Notes under the pieces: model-generated
What the model was told of the DNA's origin: nothing
The model's input: only the letters and a program-made list of their open reading frames with translations
The model's database searches: none
Shown: piece by piece, positions 1 to 12,308 of the stretch
Layout of the letters: every line of letters begins with the position of its first letter
Position numbering within the stretch: the first letter of the stretch is position 1
Assembly: GCA_963709405.1 (NCBI GenBank)
Contig: CAVPXM010000058.1
Location: 1 to 48,139, forward strand
From: an uncultured Nitrososphaerales archaeon
GTDB lineage: Archaea; Thermoproteota; Nitrososphaeria; Nitrososphaerales; Nitrososphaeraceae
DNA: 48,139 nt
Reading direction: 5' to 3'
Translations under genes and position numbers: made by a program

Positions 1-397
1 ATTGCTCTTTTTCATATGTATTCATGCATTTGATACCTGTTAAGACGTGTTTTTATATCTTCTGATCACATTGCATTGCAACAAATACTACAGTGAATAC
101 GTACCAAGTGAAGTAGTTACACGAATTTATTTTCTATAGTTTAATCTCGGCAAGCATACATCAGTTAATCTTAGATTAGTATGAAGAAACCAAAGATAAA
201 GACTGTTGATTGGAGCTTGCCGCCTTGGAAGGCTTCGAGAATATCTATCGTACTAGAATCTTCAGGTAAACTCCTTTATATATTCACAATATTTTATACT
301 TAATAAAGACCTAGAAAGATATTATAAACTCGAGAGGTTATAATTTAAAAGTACTGATTCAAGGATTGATAATTGATAATAATATAACACAGTAGGA

Positions 398-745
398 ATC
401 TCCAATACTGGAGCGAGAAGGACAATTACTACAACATTTAGAGTCGATGAGAATTTAATAAGAAAATTGAGAAAGAAAGCAGAGGATCGTGAAATTAGCC
501 TTATTGTTTTAATCAACCAAGTTCTCAAAAGATATATCGAAGGGATATTTATGTATCTATGAATAAGGTAGGGATGATCCCTATCGCAAAGTCAGTATTG
601 ATTCAACTCTTCAAAAATATTAGCGAGGATAAAATAGTTGAAATTGTGACCAATACAGGCAAAAGTCTCTGTGAAAGAAATAGCACTATTCATGAAACAT
701 AAGAACGTAGAATCATTCCTTGTATGGATTGAAAAAGTTACATGA
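398..745 (+). pseudogene. Frameshifted ribbon-helix-helix-type thaumarchaeal hypothetical protein
   Basis: Plus-strand pieces RTITTTFRVDENLIRKLRKKAEDREISLIVLINQVLKRYIE, VGMIPIAKSVLIQLFK and VKEIALFMKH resemble a family common in Nitrososphaeraceae; interrupted by indels. Confidence 0.55.
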
Positions 746-1123
746 ACGATGCTAGAACAATCTCATGCGTTTCTAGTCGTATTTTTGCCATCGCAATTGC
801 TACATATAATTTTTTAAAAATACTACCTAGGTGAGACAAGATTCCTAAGACAATCCAGTGACATTTATTAATACATATTGGTAGGCAACTGAAGCACACT
901 CATAAATCTAACCTTAATTAAAATGATTGGAACTTGTCTATAACGACTTTTTTAAAATATGGGATGTGTCTAAGGGACGTGTGACAATATTAAAGTGAGA
1001 TAAAGCCAAGTCCGTATCGATAGCTCATATTGTGAAAAGGAGTGAAGCACTTCGCATGAATTGACGATAACGAGGCTTTCTGCTGAGCAAGCGTGGTAAG
1101 ATATACGAGCAGGGGAGTTGTGC

Positions 1124-1553
1124 CTACCTTGCAATATTTTTTTGACCAAAAATCTTAGTCGGCTTGACTCGTATTAGTAATTCACCCTTACCGCTATTTC
1201 TTTTACCGTAAACTTCAGCATCATTTCTTCCCATATATCTCTCTGCTATCTTAGTTGCCCATCTTAGAAGCTCATCTGGCTTGCTCGCTTATTTCAGCAA
1301 TGCCATCCACGATTACAAATGAATAAAGTGGAGTTTGATCATCCACAGAAATACTCACTCTTGGATCCCGCAGGATGTTCTTTGCCTTTAGAGATGTATG
1401 GCCAGTCGTAAAAACGAGATCTTTACTGTCATCGTCCAACACAAACCAAACGGGAGCTATATGAGGTCTACCATCAGCTCTGACAGTAGCAACCTTACCT
1501 GTAAAAGTTCCATGCCTCAGAAAATTATTCATTTCATCCATGCTCATTTCCAT
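1124..1553 (-). CDS. PPOX-class (pyridoxamine 5'-phosphate oxidase-like) F420-dependent oxidoreductase, frameshift near 1275
   Basis: ATVRADGRPHIAPVWF...KAKNILRDPRVSISVDD; another frame continues as ELLRWATKIAERYMG...GELLIRVKPTKI to a stop at 1124. Confidence 0.85.
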
Positions 1554-1823
1554 TAGCTTCCTTTCAAAATGATACTATCTGAATGTTGCTCTTTTGAATA
1601 TTTTTTGGAATTTTATTATGTGCAGGTACATATTCCAATCTTCTTTACATTTATTTAATCGATATATTATAAATCAAAATAAGAAATTGTATCCGTTGAT
1701 ATGTATAGCGAAAGGATGTTAAGTAAGATTCATGAAAGAAGCTCCAACAGCCCGGTGATAATGATTTCTTAGGATACAGATATCAAATACTTAAATGGTT
1801 AGATTATTTCATCCTCAAAACAC

Positions 1824-2167
1824 ATGAATAAGTTCGTAAATACTCAGCTCATTCTATTCATGATCATATTTTGCTACGCGTCATATCTGGCTCCTTGTTT
1901 ATTTTCCGACGTCAATGCTCACATTTTTGTTTCTAGTGATGATAACGCTCATTTCTTACATTAATTGAAAGAGTAAGAATAGAGGCGTTATTAGCAAACA
2001 ATTCACTTCACTCCAATCTAACTTCTTCCAATGAGCATCTAGCTCAACTTTTAGATAGGCTAGATGATGTCATACACAATGAAAACTATTTTGTAGTTAA
2101 GAGTGAACAATTTAGTAATTCTACAGTTGATGCATCGTTTCTTGCAAACGTCGTGGATGAAATTTTT
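1824..2167 (+). pseudogene. 5' duplicate of the His1 secreted helical protein gene at 12309, truncated
   Basis: 1770-2167 is nearly identical to 12253-12586 joined to 13531-13597; it ends abruptly in an aquaporin fragment. Confidence 0.85.
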
Positions 2168-2172
2168 CTGCA

Positions 2173-2457
2173 ATGCTAATGACTGTTATTTTTGTAGTTG
2201 TTTATACTAAAGGACTAAGAGGATTTAGTGGTATTGCTATAGGTGGTATAGTTGGATTAGATATATTCTTATTAGCATTTATATCTGGCGCTTCAATGAA
2301 TCCTGCTCGCTCCCTAGCTCCTGCTCTTGTCTCTGGAGTCTCAAACAATTTATGGCTTTATTGGTCGGCCACATTCATTGGCACATCAATAGTTGCCTTA
2401 ATGTTTAGAATTATGTTCATATCAAGAAAATCATGTAGCCCCCAGGATATTCTCTAG
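2173..2457 (+). pseudogene. Aquaporin (MIP family) C-terminal half
   Basis: ISGASMNPARSLAPA second NPA motif; the N-terminal half is absent. Confidence 0.85.
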
Positions 2458-2642
2458 ACAAAAATCTATCTTGTATAGGAGATCATATCTTGACTTCGAG
2501 TAAATGTTTCCCATATAATGTATGACCAGCTACACAATATTCATCAAAATCACACTCCAATATTATATCATTTGTTATACTTAAAGGAAAAGATGAAAAG
2601 TGATCGTTATAGCTATATTCCACACTCATGAATTATGCTAAG

Positions 2643-3713
2643 TCAAGTGTCATATTTAATGTCGTCATACCATATTCCAAATGTTTTGTTTAGGTATTCT
2701 GATACCGCAATTTTTTGTTCTTCTATATGTTCATAGAATCTATTCCCACACACATCTGATTTTATCTGCTGGTTTACTTTCCTTTCATTTGGATTTAGGT
2801 ATGGTGCTTTCTTTGGTAGGTGGATTATAGTTAGCCAGTCTTCTTCTTTCTGTGCATTGATATAATTCCGTACCATTAGGCTTACATGGTATGAAGCGTT
2901 ATCCCATATGAGTATGAGTCTTTTCCACCAATCATTTTTCATAATGTTTCTCTTGAGATTCTCCAGATGGTCAATGGTATTCGTAGAATTCATTCTATCA
3001 TAGAAATCATACGTCATTAATTTCTCTTCAGGCCATAGCATGGATATGTATGTGGAGAACTTCTTTCTACTTCCATTATGTTCTATTTTCAGTTGCTCGC
3101 CTTCAAAACTCATGGACTTGTGAATACAAGGTTTCTGTGTTATGGTAGTTTCATCTTCAAATGCCATTATAACTCTCTTTTTTTCAGAGCTGATGCTACT
3201 TGCTTGTAGTTATCCACTCTCTTTTTCCCTTGTTCATAATCCTCTCCATGTAATAGTTCCAATTTTGGTCTTTTGCATCTAATTCCCATATCCTTAGTTA
3301 TTCTCTGCAGGTGTTTGAAGCTGATTGGAATATCAAGCCCATCTGTAAGACATCGTGCAAGTGACCTTAGACTCCACGTATTTCTAAGATAACCAAATAG
3401 ATGAGGATGGTTAAATAATGCTGATAGAATAATCTCTTTGTTTTTCGTCGGTTATGCTGGATTTCGATCCACCAGGTTTCTTCATCCTTACTCCATCATC
3501 AATCCCTTTCTTAATGTATGCAGCAATCCACCTTTGTACAGACCTGCTGCTGACTCCGTGTTCATTTGCTATATCTACATAAGATCTACCTTCAACTTTT
3601 TGGAGTATAGCCAGTAACCTGCGGTATTCCTTTTTGTTATTCGTATTCCTCAGAAATGACTTTGAGCTTATTCTTCTGTAGTATGGTAAGTATGAGTTTG
3701 GAAGATGATTCAC
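2643..3713 (-). mobile_element. IS630-family transposase, split over several frames
   Basis: N-terminal HTH (IANEHGVSSRSVQRW), FEDET, IWDNASYH and LPKKAPYLNPNE DDE motifs. Confidence 0.85.
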
Positions 3714-3807
3714 AGAATGAAAATATGATTTGTCCCAAGCTATAATTATTTCGAAATCTACGTTATGTAATGAATGAATAACGACATAAACTTAGACACT
3801 TCACTTA

Positions 3808-4755
3808 TTACTTCTTGCATTGTAAACCTTGCTCTAAGGCCGACAAGTCTTGATACATTTTTTGAAGGTAGCCTATTCCATGTTGTTGTTCTTGTGGTTT
3901 TATTCCTTCAATTGGACTTAGCACCATTACTTTTCCATTAGGAATCTCAGCTGCTATTGCTTGAGCTGAGCGAGGATCAATTAAATCTTCAGAATAAATT
4001 ACATTTATACCAATCTTATTTGCAAGTTGTACTACCTCTACCAAACGTTGGGGAAGTATTTCTCCTTCTGGTGTTAAACCCTGAATGCTGTGTTGTTTCA
4101 ATCCATACTCTTTTGCAAAGTAACTAAAAGCATTGTGGAAAGCTATAAAATCTCTTTTTGCACAATTAGAGCTGGAAAGATTTCCTCTTATTGCTGTGTC
4201 CAAAGACCTGAGTTGTCCAATAAAGTTCTGAGCATTATTCTTGTAGTACAAGGCATTCTTCGGATCAACCTTTATCAATCCATCACGGATATTCTCAACT
4301 TGATGAATTACAAGGATTGGATCTAACCAAATATGGGGATCTGTTGATGCATGAATTTTAGGATCCTTTGTAGAAATGAGGTTTAAACCCTTACTGGAAT
4401 CAATTGCAAATTTTGGATTAACTTTATTTATCCATGTTGCTTCCATTCCGGCTCCATTGTATACTATTGCTGCAGCAGACTGAGCATTCTGAATTTGTTG
4501 AATAGTGGGATCAAAATCGTGGGGTTCTGCACCTACGGGAATAAGCACAGATGCATCCACTTTGTCTCCCCCAACTTTCTTTACAAATTCATAAATTGGA
4601 AAAAAAGATGCTATAACTTTTATTTTAGATGTGTTGTTAGTTAGGGAAGTTGCGCTAGTTGTATTGCTGCTACTGGTTGAAAAAGCAGCTCCTACATTTA
4701 ATGCTAGTATGACAGCCAGCGTCAGAGCAATTAACAGGCTGCTAAGTTTTTGCAT
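3808..4755 (-). CDS. Zn/Mn ABC transporter substrate-binding protein (ZnuA/AdcA/TroA family)
   Basis: Signal peptide; EPHDFDP, DPHIWLDP, FHNAFSYF metal ligand motifs. Confidence 0.93.
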   Translation of the reverse strand: MQKLSSLLIALTLAVILALNVGAAFSTSSSNTTSATSLTNNTSKIKVIASFFPIYEFVKKVGGDKVDASVLIPVGAEPHDFDPTIQQIQNAQSAAAIVYNGAGMEATWINKVNPKFAIDSSKGLNLISTKDPKIHASTDPHIWLDPILVIHQVENIRDGLIKVDPKNALYYKNNAQNFIGQLRSLDTAIRGNLSSSNCAKRDFIAFHNAFSYFAKEYGLKQHSIQGLTPEGEILPQRLVEVVQLANKIGINVIYSEDLIDPRSAQAIAAEIPNGKVMVLSPIEGIKPQEQQHGIGYLQKMYQDLSALEQGLQCKK

Positions 4756-4999
4756 AATATGACGTGAAGAGTTAATAACAATATATGTGTTTGTTAATAA
4801 TAATAATAAGTATCTATTTAAGTAGTTTAATAAGAGTTAGGAAATTGCTTTTTGTATGGACAATAAAAATCGATTACAAAATTTTGTTCGATGATGTCCT
4901 AATTTATCCATATAGGAGGTAGGCACAGCAATGGAATAGAATGTGAAGAGAAATGTATTGGATGGCCACCCGTATATTTTATTATAATCTAAAGATTAT

Positions 5000-5488
5000 A
5001 TGGAATGTAAAGTCCTAGACACAATTAGAATGGCAACTGGAGTGATATATACCCCATTGCATTTATCAAAAGTTCTTGTTGTCTTTTTGATAATTATTTC
5101 AATGCTTCCTACTGGAACTTTTATTTATGGACATCTATATGGTAATGGGATACAGCAATGGATAAACAAAGAGGAGGGCATTAAGATTCAATTCAAATAT
5201 GCACTTTATAAGCCTGAAATTAACAATTATCATCAACTCAATTTCAGTATACAAGATTTAGAAACTGGAAAACATCTAAAAAATCTTACTGCATATGTTA
5301 CCATTACAAATGATCCTTTGTTCGCCTTTGATAATATAACAATTCCTAATGGTGACTTCATGGTTGTCTGTCCCTTCTTAGATCAAGGTCAACACCAAGT
5401 AATTGTTAGTTTACGGTCTGGAAATTACGCATTAGCATTAGCATCATTTAATATGACAATTCCACAGTCAAACTCGGCAAGTAGTTAG
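5000..5488 (+). CDS. Secreted Ig/YtkA-like beta-sandwich protein (paralog of 30683 and 40026)
   Basis: Hydrophobic leader then G-HLYG; shares QQW..K..IKIQF.Y, ITIPNGDF and ALASF with the paralogs. Confidence 0.7.
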   Translation: MECKVLDTIRMATGVIYTPLHLSKVLVVFLIIISMLPTGTFIYGHLYGNGIQQWINKEEGIKIQFKYALYKPEINNYHQLNFSIQDLETGKHLKNLTAYVTITNDPLFAFDNITIPNGDFMVVCPFLDQGQHQVIVSLRSGNYALALASFNMTIPQSNSASS

Positions 5489-5594
5489 CGGAATAATACA
5501 TATAATAATTTGAATCATTTTTATAGATTTCGTTAGGAACTTTGTATCATTCTATATTTATACAAGCAAGATGGTTGACTAACATACGAGATAA

Positions 5595-6124
5595 ATGTCA
5601 ACCAAAAGGCGACTGGGATTATCGCTTAAAACGAGGAAAATAAAAACTACACTACTGAAATATTATTTCTAACTATGGTTGTTGCTGCGATACTACTTCT
5701 TGGGAGAACGCTAATTCCATTTAGTAATGTCTTGGCAGAAATTATGGATGGAACTCGTGGCAATGATGTCCTAAGTGGAAGCAAGGTGAGTATCACTGCT
5801 GTTAATGGTAACGAGACTCAGCTAGCTGATTTTATTTACGGAGATTATGGAAATGACACGATCTATGGTCAAGATGGAAGTGATCATCTCAGTGGTGGAC
5901 CTGGTAATGACATAATATACGGAGGCAATGGCGGTGATTTCATACAAGGTGGACCAGGCAACGATAAGATCTATGGAGGCAATGGCAATGATGATTTGGT
6001 TGGAGGTCCAGGCGCAGATCTGTTTGATTGTGGACCCGGAAGGGACATAGTTAAGGACTTTAATGCAACTGAAGGAGATGTTCATTTAGCGAATTGTGAA
6101 ATGATTACAGATGATAATGATTAA
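5595..6124 (+). CDS. Secreted hemolysin-type (RTX) calcium-binding repeat protein
   Basis: Multiple GGxGxDxxx nonapeptides. The ATG at 5595 needs a frameshift to join ORF 5675-6124. Confidence 0.85.
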
Positions 6125-6764
6125 TTGATTGAGATATATGGACTATTAATTTAGACACTGCTAGTAATTTTTTATTTCGTTACTTACTGGTCTAGAGAAA
6201 GTTGGAAATAAATGACATATATGCGTCAGTTGAGATGCTAGGTAACGATAAATATAGTCTTAGGACTTCCATAACCGATATCAATTCCGAAACCTTTGGA
6301 GGTCTGGTTGACGATGGTTTCAGAAGTTCGCTCAAGTAGTCTGAGGTTTTTGATAGTGGCAATATGATATTTGATACATTACATGGACTTCAAGAACATA
6401 TCGAAAAGATTGAGAGGATGAAAGTTGAGGATATACAGCATTACTAAGGTCGAATTCATAATATTGTTGTTGAGCCTTGCGAATCTAATCACTGATTCAT
6501 TACATCGAAAGTAAAGATTGACATTGGAAGATGTTATTTCGAACAATAGTGAATGTGATACTAGGCTGTATTTGATCCAGAATGACAATCAGAGTATCTC
6601 TGCAAATCGTCGTAAGGATGAACTATTATGACTCCTGCGCCAGCATATCGCGATAATTACCTCCGGGGCATCGGAACCTCCGGAGAAACAATGTACGCCA
6701 AACAAGTATGAATATATGTCTACGTCTACGTTATATCAGGCCTAATTCTGTTGTGGGAACATTG

Positions 6765-6938
6765 CTAGGAGAACTTCGCTTCCATTGAATCATTTACAAA
6801 TGACTTTGGTATTTTAAAGACTTGCCTTCCTGTCATTAAAAAAAGTGAATCCTTATCAATTGCAATAATATTTCCTATGTCATCATTATCACTAGAACGC
6901 ACCCCTTTTAGTACCAGTCTATCCCAATTTTGGATCAT
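6765..6938 (-). CDS. Small PRC-barrel-like protein, probably frameshifted at its 3' end
   Basis: KGVRSSDNDDIGNIIAID...FKIPKSFV pattern. Confidence 0.5.
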   Translation of the reverse strand: MIQNWDRLVLKGVRSSDNDDIGNIIAIDKDSLFLMTGRQVFKIPKSFVNDSMEAKFS

Positions 6939-6998
6939 TTCTGGTACATACATAATCATAATTAATTATATAAAATGATCTGAAATCAGAAATCTTCA

Positions 6999-7349
6999 TC
7001 ACGTAAGCATGGGCAGAATATCTCTTATTATCTTGTTATGATCTGCATTTACCTCGGTAGTAACCAAGAGCAAATGGTCTTCTCCTAACGGAAATGTTAT
7101 CCTTTTGATTTTCTCATATTCTGACATCGCGTATTTTCCCTTACCCACTTTAGATGCGAGGGAGTTTCTTAAAGCCCATCTGGCTAGGGCTTGCAAATTT
7201 GATCTTTTAGTTTCCTCTGGAGATAGGAGATTTGTTATTCCTTCACGCTGTCCACCATATTTTATCGCACCGGAATCATCACATACACCAGCGAACCTTA
7301 TCTTGGGTTCCAGACCAAGGATGTTTTTGCATAGTCTATCAAAATCCAT
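6999..7349 (-). CDS. Roadblock/LC7-like thaumarchaeal protein
   Basis: ILGLEPKIRFAGVCDDSG...GGQREG...YEKIKRITFPL; start taken as MDFDRLCK. Confidence 0.7.
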   Translation of the reverse strand: MDFDRLCKNILGLEPKIRFAGVCDDSGAIKYGGQREGITNLLSPEETKRSNLQALARWALRNSLASKVGKGKYAMSEYEKIKRITFPLGEDHLLLVTTEVNADHNKIIRDILPMLT

Positions 7350-8287
7350 AATTATGAGATAGTACATGATCAAATCTAATAAATATATTGTAGATCTACT
7401 CTGACATACCGTCCCTGCGGTAGCGGGAACAAACACAATAATATCATTCCTCCTTAAATCAGTCATTATTTAATTTTAAAAATTGACATTTACTTCTACC
7501 CCAAGAAAGAATAGACGCTGAATCATTTCTTAATATTAATTATAAGGAAGGAGGCATGGGAAAGGCTTGCAGACCCGACTAGACATATATACCTACAAAG
7601 AAAGGTGGATTGGGCTATTCTATCTGCCATACGGTTGTACAGAAAATGGTATAAAAGGAAGGATTAAAGGACTAGGGCATCACTCGACTCATATTCTTTG
7701 CTCCGTGCTTCCATTAATCGTCTAGCAGTCAGGGTGACAGGTTTACCGTGATTACATACTCGAAATAGTTATGAGAATTTTTTAACAATGCATGTTGTTT
7801 AGATAACCTATCACATCAACTAACTAGCTTCTCCATTTGAATTTCAATCTACGCTAGGATACTGTATTAACGTCACGTACCTTTCTAGCATTTCTTAAGA
7901 TTGGATTCAGAGATCGCTTATAGAACTGTACAAGGAATCGTAAGAGGACTATCTGATTATATCAAGATTGAAGAAATTCATTTTACACAGTTCAGGAGAA
8001 GGTTACTAAGGGATTATGCTACGAAGACCAAGGAAAGTATGACGAAGCAATTGAATGTTTTGATACTGCACTCAAAATAAACCACGGTTATACAGTTACA
8101 GTTTCCTATCAATAACAAGATTAACCAGTCTTTCTAAATAGGCTACAAGAGATTTATACTCTTCATTCTTTGAAAAGATGAATTGGATTTAATTAGGTGA
8201 ATTAATAATCGTAATCGAATTAAGTTACCGAGCCGACTTTATATCAGAATTACGAACGACAAGAAAATTGCTATAGCAAGCGTACTC

Positions 8288-8491
8288 GTGGGTACAGTAG
8301 CAGTAACGATTGGAATAGTTGGACTACGAACCGTTAGCAGTGCTTCAGCGACAATTACAAGTAGGGACCTGACAGATGAACAAAATAATTGCGGAAACGA
8401 TAAACTTTCACTGAATGTTTTCTGTCAAAATGTTGAATCAGAAGTTCAGGGAAATGATAACGCTATAATCGTAAATGCCACACAGCCGTGA
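8288..8491 (+). CDS. Small secreted protein with a Cys pair
   Basis: Hydrophobic N-terminus, NNCGN...NVFCQN. Confidence 0.55.
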   Translation: MGTVAVTIGIVGLRTVSSASATITSRDLTDEQNNCGNDKLSLNVFCQNVESEVQGNDNAIIVNATQP

Positions 8492-8919
8492 GTAATTGGA
8501 CATAAATCAACTTCAGCCATTATCTTTTAACACCCGTAACTTTCGTGATGGTAAGTAAAGTGGGGATAGACATCAAGTGACTTGTTATATCTGCCCAAGA
8601 ATAAACCCGTAACTTTGTATCCCGAGTATATAATAAGAGGAGTTATCTTTTAAATATATTATTAGCAAAATATCACAAGTGCTATCTTGATTCATAAAAA
8701 GAAACCATGTTTCCATGACGGGTTTTAATTGTCCCAGCCACTGGGAGATAGATGGATCATGGAAGATTGGTAGACCCTATTTGTGTCTTGAAGCCGGTTA
8801 TCATTAGCTGCATAAAAAATTTAAAGCATTCGGCCTTACTCTATATAGCGACTAATAGACTAGTTAGTAGATAATGGTGGTTTGATCAGCCCATATTTTT
8901 AGGTGCACTAAAGACAAAT

Positions 8920-9223
8920 GTACCACTACCTGAAGCCTTTTGTGATAAAGGACGTTACTTATCTCCACAAATTCAACAGTCCGGTATTTATGGATATAAG
9001 CTGAACTGGAACAATAAATTACTTTGATGTAGCAGAAGTTCCAGTAAGTGAAACAGTTTTCTGTTCGATACCTGGAAAAGATACAAGCAAGTTTAACAGT
9101 GAAGGATGGTTCGGCGGATTTGGTTGCACAGAACCAATTCAAGACATATTCTTCCCCTCTACTACAACTCAGGCTCAGATGCAGAGCAAATCGTCTGCAA
9201 TGGTATTGCCTACTCCATACTAA
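8920..9223 (+). pseudogene. 3' fragment of a GGFGC-family secreted protein (not in the ORF track)
   Basis: 9008-9223 reads GTINYFDVAEVPVSETVFCSIPGKDTSKFNSEGWFGGFGCTEPIQDIFFP...PTPY*, matching the GTIN and GGFGC motifs of 16912 and 19631. Confidence 0.65.
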
Positions 9224-9311
9224 TTTTTTCACCTATTTTTTTGAATTTCGTCTGAATAGTAATATTTCCTGTAAGTCGAGTATACTTTTACTCTAAAATC
9301 AATTTTTGACA

Positions 9312-9520
9312 GCCTATCTTTTGTATAATGAGGAGAGGCCATCATTAGTCACTTTAATCTAACATTTTCAAAAAGTCCTCACTCGGAGTAGATAGGTCAT
9401 TAGAAGAAAGGAAACTAATAATTACTGGAACATTCGTCGAATGCACTATAATGCTTTTTTATTAGTGAAACATGTGACACTCATGGTATTAGTGAGTAAC
9501 AACTATCTCAAATATACAAT
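9312..9520 (+). repeat. Duplicated promoter block plus first codons of the DsrE gene
   Basis: Matches 31386-31452 joined to 31741-31881; ATG at 9483 followed by truncation. Confidence 0.85.
9426..9448 (+). promoter_or_regulatory. 23-bp palindromic operator
   Basis: tggaacattcgtcgaatgcacta; T-rich box from 9454, ATG at 9483. Confidence 0.85.
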
Positions 9521-9615
9521 TGAGAAAATATACATTTACATATTTACTCAATGAAAATGTATGGGGTAGAACAAGATATTAAGAGGGTTTATTCATGTCG
9601 CAAACCAACATTATC

Positions 9616-10846
9616 CTAGTTGTGTGTTGGGTTTAATATTTCTTTAAGGTGTTCATCAGAAGTAGAATTAGCATTTGTCGCATCTACAACAAACCCTGCA
9701 CCCTGTAAAAATCTACCTATATCATGGTCGTTACCAACATAGAATCCTTGTTCAGGAAATACTACCTCTACAGATTCTGCAGAGCCAGGAGGTATTGAAA
9801 TTTCATATATTTTTGACCCTGACTGACTTTCGAAATGTGACCTTGTACGAGTATCAATTGGTTGTTTGTTGTCGGTATAATTATTACTGCTACGACCAAC
9901 TGAACTAATCATAGCAGAAGCAAAATTGAGTGAAAGAGAACCTCTTGGACCAGCATTGATGATATACCATCTTGTAAGTTCTCCTGGCTTGACTTTGAAT
10001 ATGTCTGCATCATTATTAAGTACAATTTTAGACAGAGAGCCAAAAAATGGCATGTACTTATAGGCCATACCGTTGGTTAATATTAAGTCAGGTTTATTTT
10101 CGATAAATTTGTTCATATCAAATGAGCCTATTTTGTCTTGATTTTCTTGTGCTGGCGTTGTCCTTTGTATTGTTCCTGAAGCATTAGTTTTGGTTGGTGC
10201 TGTGGTAGTAGAATTTGCAGTAGATAGAGCACCTTGAAATAATCCTCCATCTGCAGTATTATATATCTCTCCGAATACCATATAGAATTCTTTTGCAGGT
10301 TTCTCATATTTGGGATGGACTATCATGCCTCCATACATTCCACTGGCGATATGGTCCCAGATACCATTTAGATTATCCCCATCACAATGATACATAAAGA
10401 CACCAGGATTTTCTGCTTTAACTTGCCATGTTTTGCTTTCACCAGGGCGTACAGATAGCTAAAGCTTGACTTGGTCCTTCTATTCCATGCAGATCTAGAC
10501 TATGAACTAGCTCTCCTTTGTTTACTAGAGTAATCTGAAATGTCTCCCCTTGATTAACTACGATTATTGGGCCCGGTATAGTTCCATTAAAGGTCATTGC
10601 TCTATATAATATTCCTCCAGGATGTAATGCATTATCGGGCGAGATCTTTACTATATTTTCATCAGCAATTAAGATGAATTTCTTGATAGTATTGTTATTG
10701 TTAGGTTGTGATAGCAGTGTAGTCTGTAAAGATATTGATTTTTGATCATGTGATTGCCATCCTGAAAGGTGATTATTAATAGGCATAAATAATAGTATTA
10801 TCTGGAATATAATCAGAACAGTTATTCCTAAAATCAACTGATTCAT
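9616..10846 (-). CDS. nirK: NirK-like two-domain multicopper oxidase, frameshift near 10445
   Basis: HSLDLHG, YHCDGDNLNGIWDHIASGM (type 1/2 Cu ligands) and GNDHD; ORFs 10439-10846 and 9616-10395 join; paralog at 22367. Confidence 0.8.
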
Positions 10847-10955
10847 TATATGAAATGAAGTTGTCGGGATTATTTTAGGGTTATTCCATCAGTATCGATG
10901 ATCAAAGACTTCCACAAAGTGCGTTGGCTTGCATAATACGATATATGTAATGATC

Positions 10956-11430
10956 TGTACCCGGTACCAGCTGGGCAGCTTTAGGCCAGTTTTAAGATAC
11001 ACTTTGGAGGGTACAGAATATGCCAGGTAGAAGATGGAGTGGAGAAGAGAAGGCCAATATAGTGCTGGAAATATTGACCACAAGTACACCGACAGCCGAA
11101 ATATGCAGGAGGTACAACGTCAGACCAACCCTGGTCTACAGCTGGAAAGCAAGTTTCGTTCAAGCAGGTACAAGAGGTTTATCTGGTGCAGATGCATCGG
11201 ATAGAGAAAAGCAGCTGGAACAGGAAAATAAGAGACTCAAGGAAATGGTAGCTGACCTAGCACTGGCAAATGAACCTTTAAAAAAGGGGCGGACAAGGAT
11301 ATGAGAAAAGTTGCTTTTCAGGAGGTGTTGATGAAAGAGAGTAACATACTGAAAGCGTCTGTTCTGTCAGGATATTCCAGAAGTTCCTATTACTACAGGC
11401 ACAAGCAACCGGTTATCAGCAGAAATCGTC
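10956..11430 (+). mobile_element. IS3-family element, truncated (orfA and start of orfB)
   Basis: orfA 11020-11304 with HTH (WSGEEKANIV...ICRRYNV...LEQENKRLKEMVADL), slippery A-run at 11280-11287, orfB start SRSSYYY; ends are approximate. Confidence 0.8.
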
Positions 11431-11689
11431 GCACTGATTCAGCAGCACTCCATTTTGAATTCAGCTTTTCCGTTACGGCAAGTTCTAAGATCTTAGGCAT
11501 GCATGGCAGTCTGGTTACTATTCTCTAACTCGAAATTCAAGATGAATAAATAGAATGGTACAAGGACTAATTATGTTGAGCCATCAATCGGCGATGCATA
11601 TCCTGAGGGCAACAGCAACTGTTGGCTACTGACCTGAATTCACACGATTAGGAATTCTAAAAAAGGGATTAGGATCGATTTGCCCAATC

Positions 11690-12059
11690 TTTTGTGAGTT
11701 CGTGAGTTGCGAGTTCTTGCTTGTATCACTTTCCGCTCCTACCACTGCTACCGCCGTTGCTACCGCCGCTGCTACCGCCGCTGCTACCGCCGCTGCCTAC
11801 CGCCACTGCTACCGCCACCGTAAGCAGAACTAAAGCAGTCTTTTATATCCCCTTTTGTTGCAGAACCACCTGATGCGAGCATCGGAAAGACAGCTCCGGA
11901 ACTTGTCGTAATCAGTCTTACTAGAGTCGCTCCTTGAGCCGCCGCTGAGCCGCCGCTACTGCTTCCACTACTACTATCACTACCACCGCTCCTCCCGCCG
12001 CCGCTATTGCTATTATCGTCTTTCTGTGCGAATATCTGGAAGATCTCATTTGCAACTAT
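11690..12059 (-). pseudogene. Gly/Ser-rich protein fragment with a Cys pair and (GGSS)n repeats
   Basis: Minus strand FAQKDDNSNSGGG...YDKFRSCLSDA...IKDCFSSAYGGGSSGG; 12-bp repeats gctaccgccgct at 11747-11820; frameshifted. Confidence 0.55.
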
Positions 12060-12209
12060 TTATGGGAATGGTAAGACAAATGGTGTTTTGCCATCATTTC
12101 TGGACGGAGAATTAGTAAAGGAATTAGAGTCTTGAGAATTACGATGATGATGATGATGACTTCTCATTACTAGTCCTCTTATCGGTCCATCCTTTGGCTG
12201 TGACGACAT
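12060..12209 (-). CDS. 49-aa ORF or gene tail with a His5 tract ending TPFVLPFP
   Basis: MSSQPKDGPIRGLVMRSHHHHHRNSQDSNSFTNSPSRNDGKTPFVLPFP*. Confidence 0.4.
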   Translation of the reverse strand: MSSQPKDGPIRGLVMRSHHHHHRNSQDSNSFTNSPSRNDGKTPFVLPFP

Positions 12210-12308
12210 GTTATCTAGATAGTAGACGTTCGCTACCTGGTTTTAATAACATTAGGACACAGATAGCAAATACTTAAATGGTTAGATTACTTTTCATCCT
12301 CAAAACAC

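Noticed and set aside
7990-8720. TPR-like (YDEAIECFDTAL) and IS6-like (KRNHVS) scraps
   Set aside because: Too short and decayed to delimit as features.
8864-9296. ORFs 8864-9232 (-) and 9048-9296 (+)
   Set aside because: Shadow frames of the GGFGC-family fragment in a different plus-strand frame.
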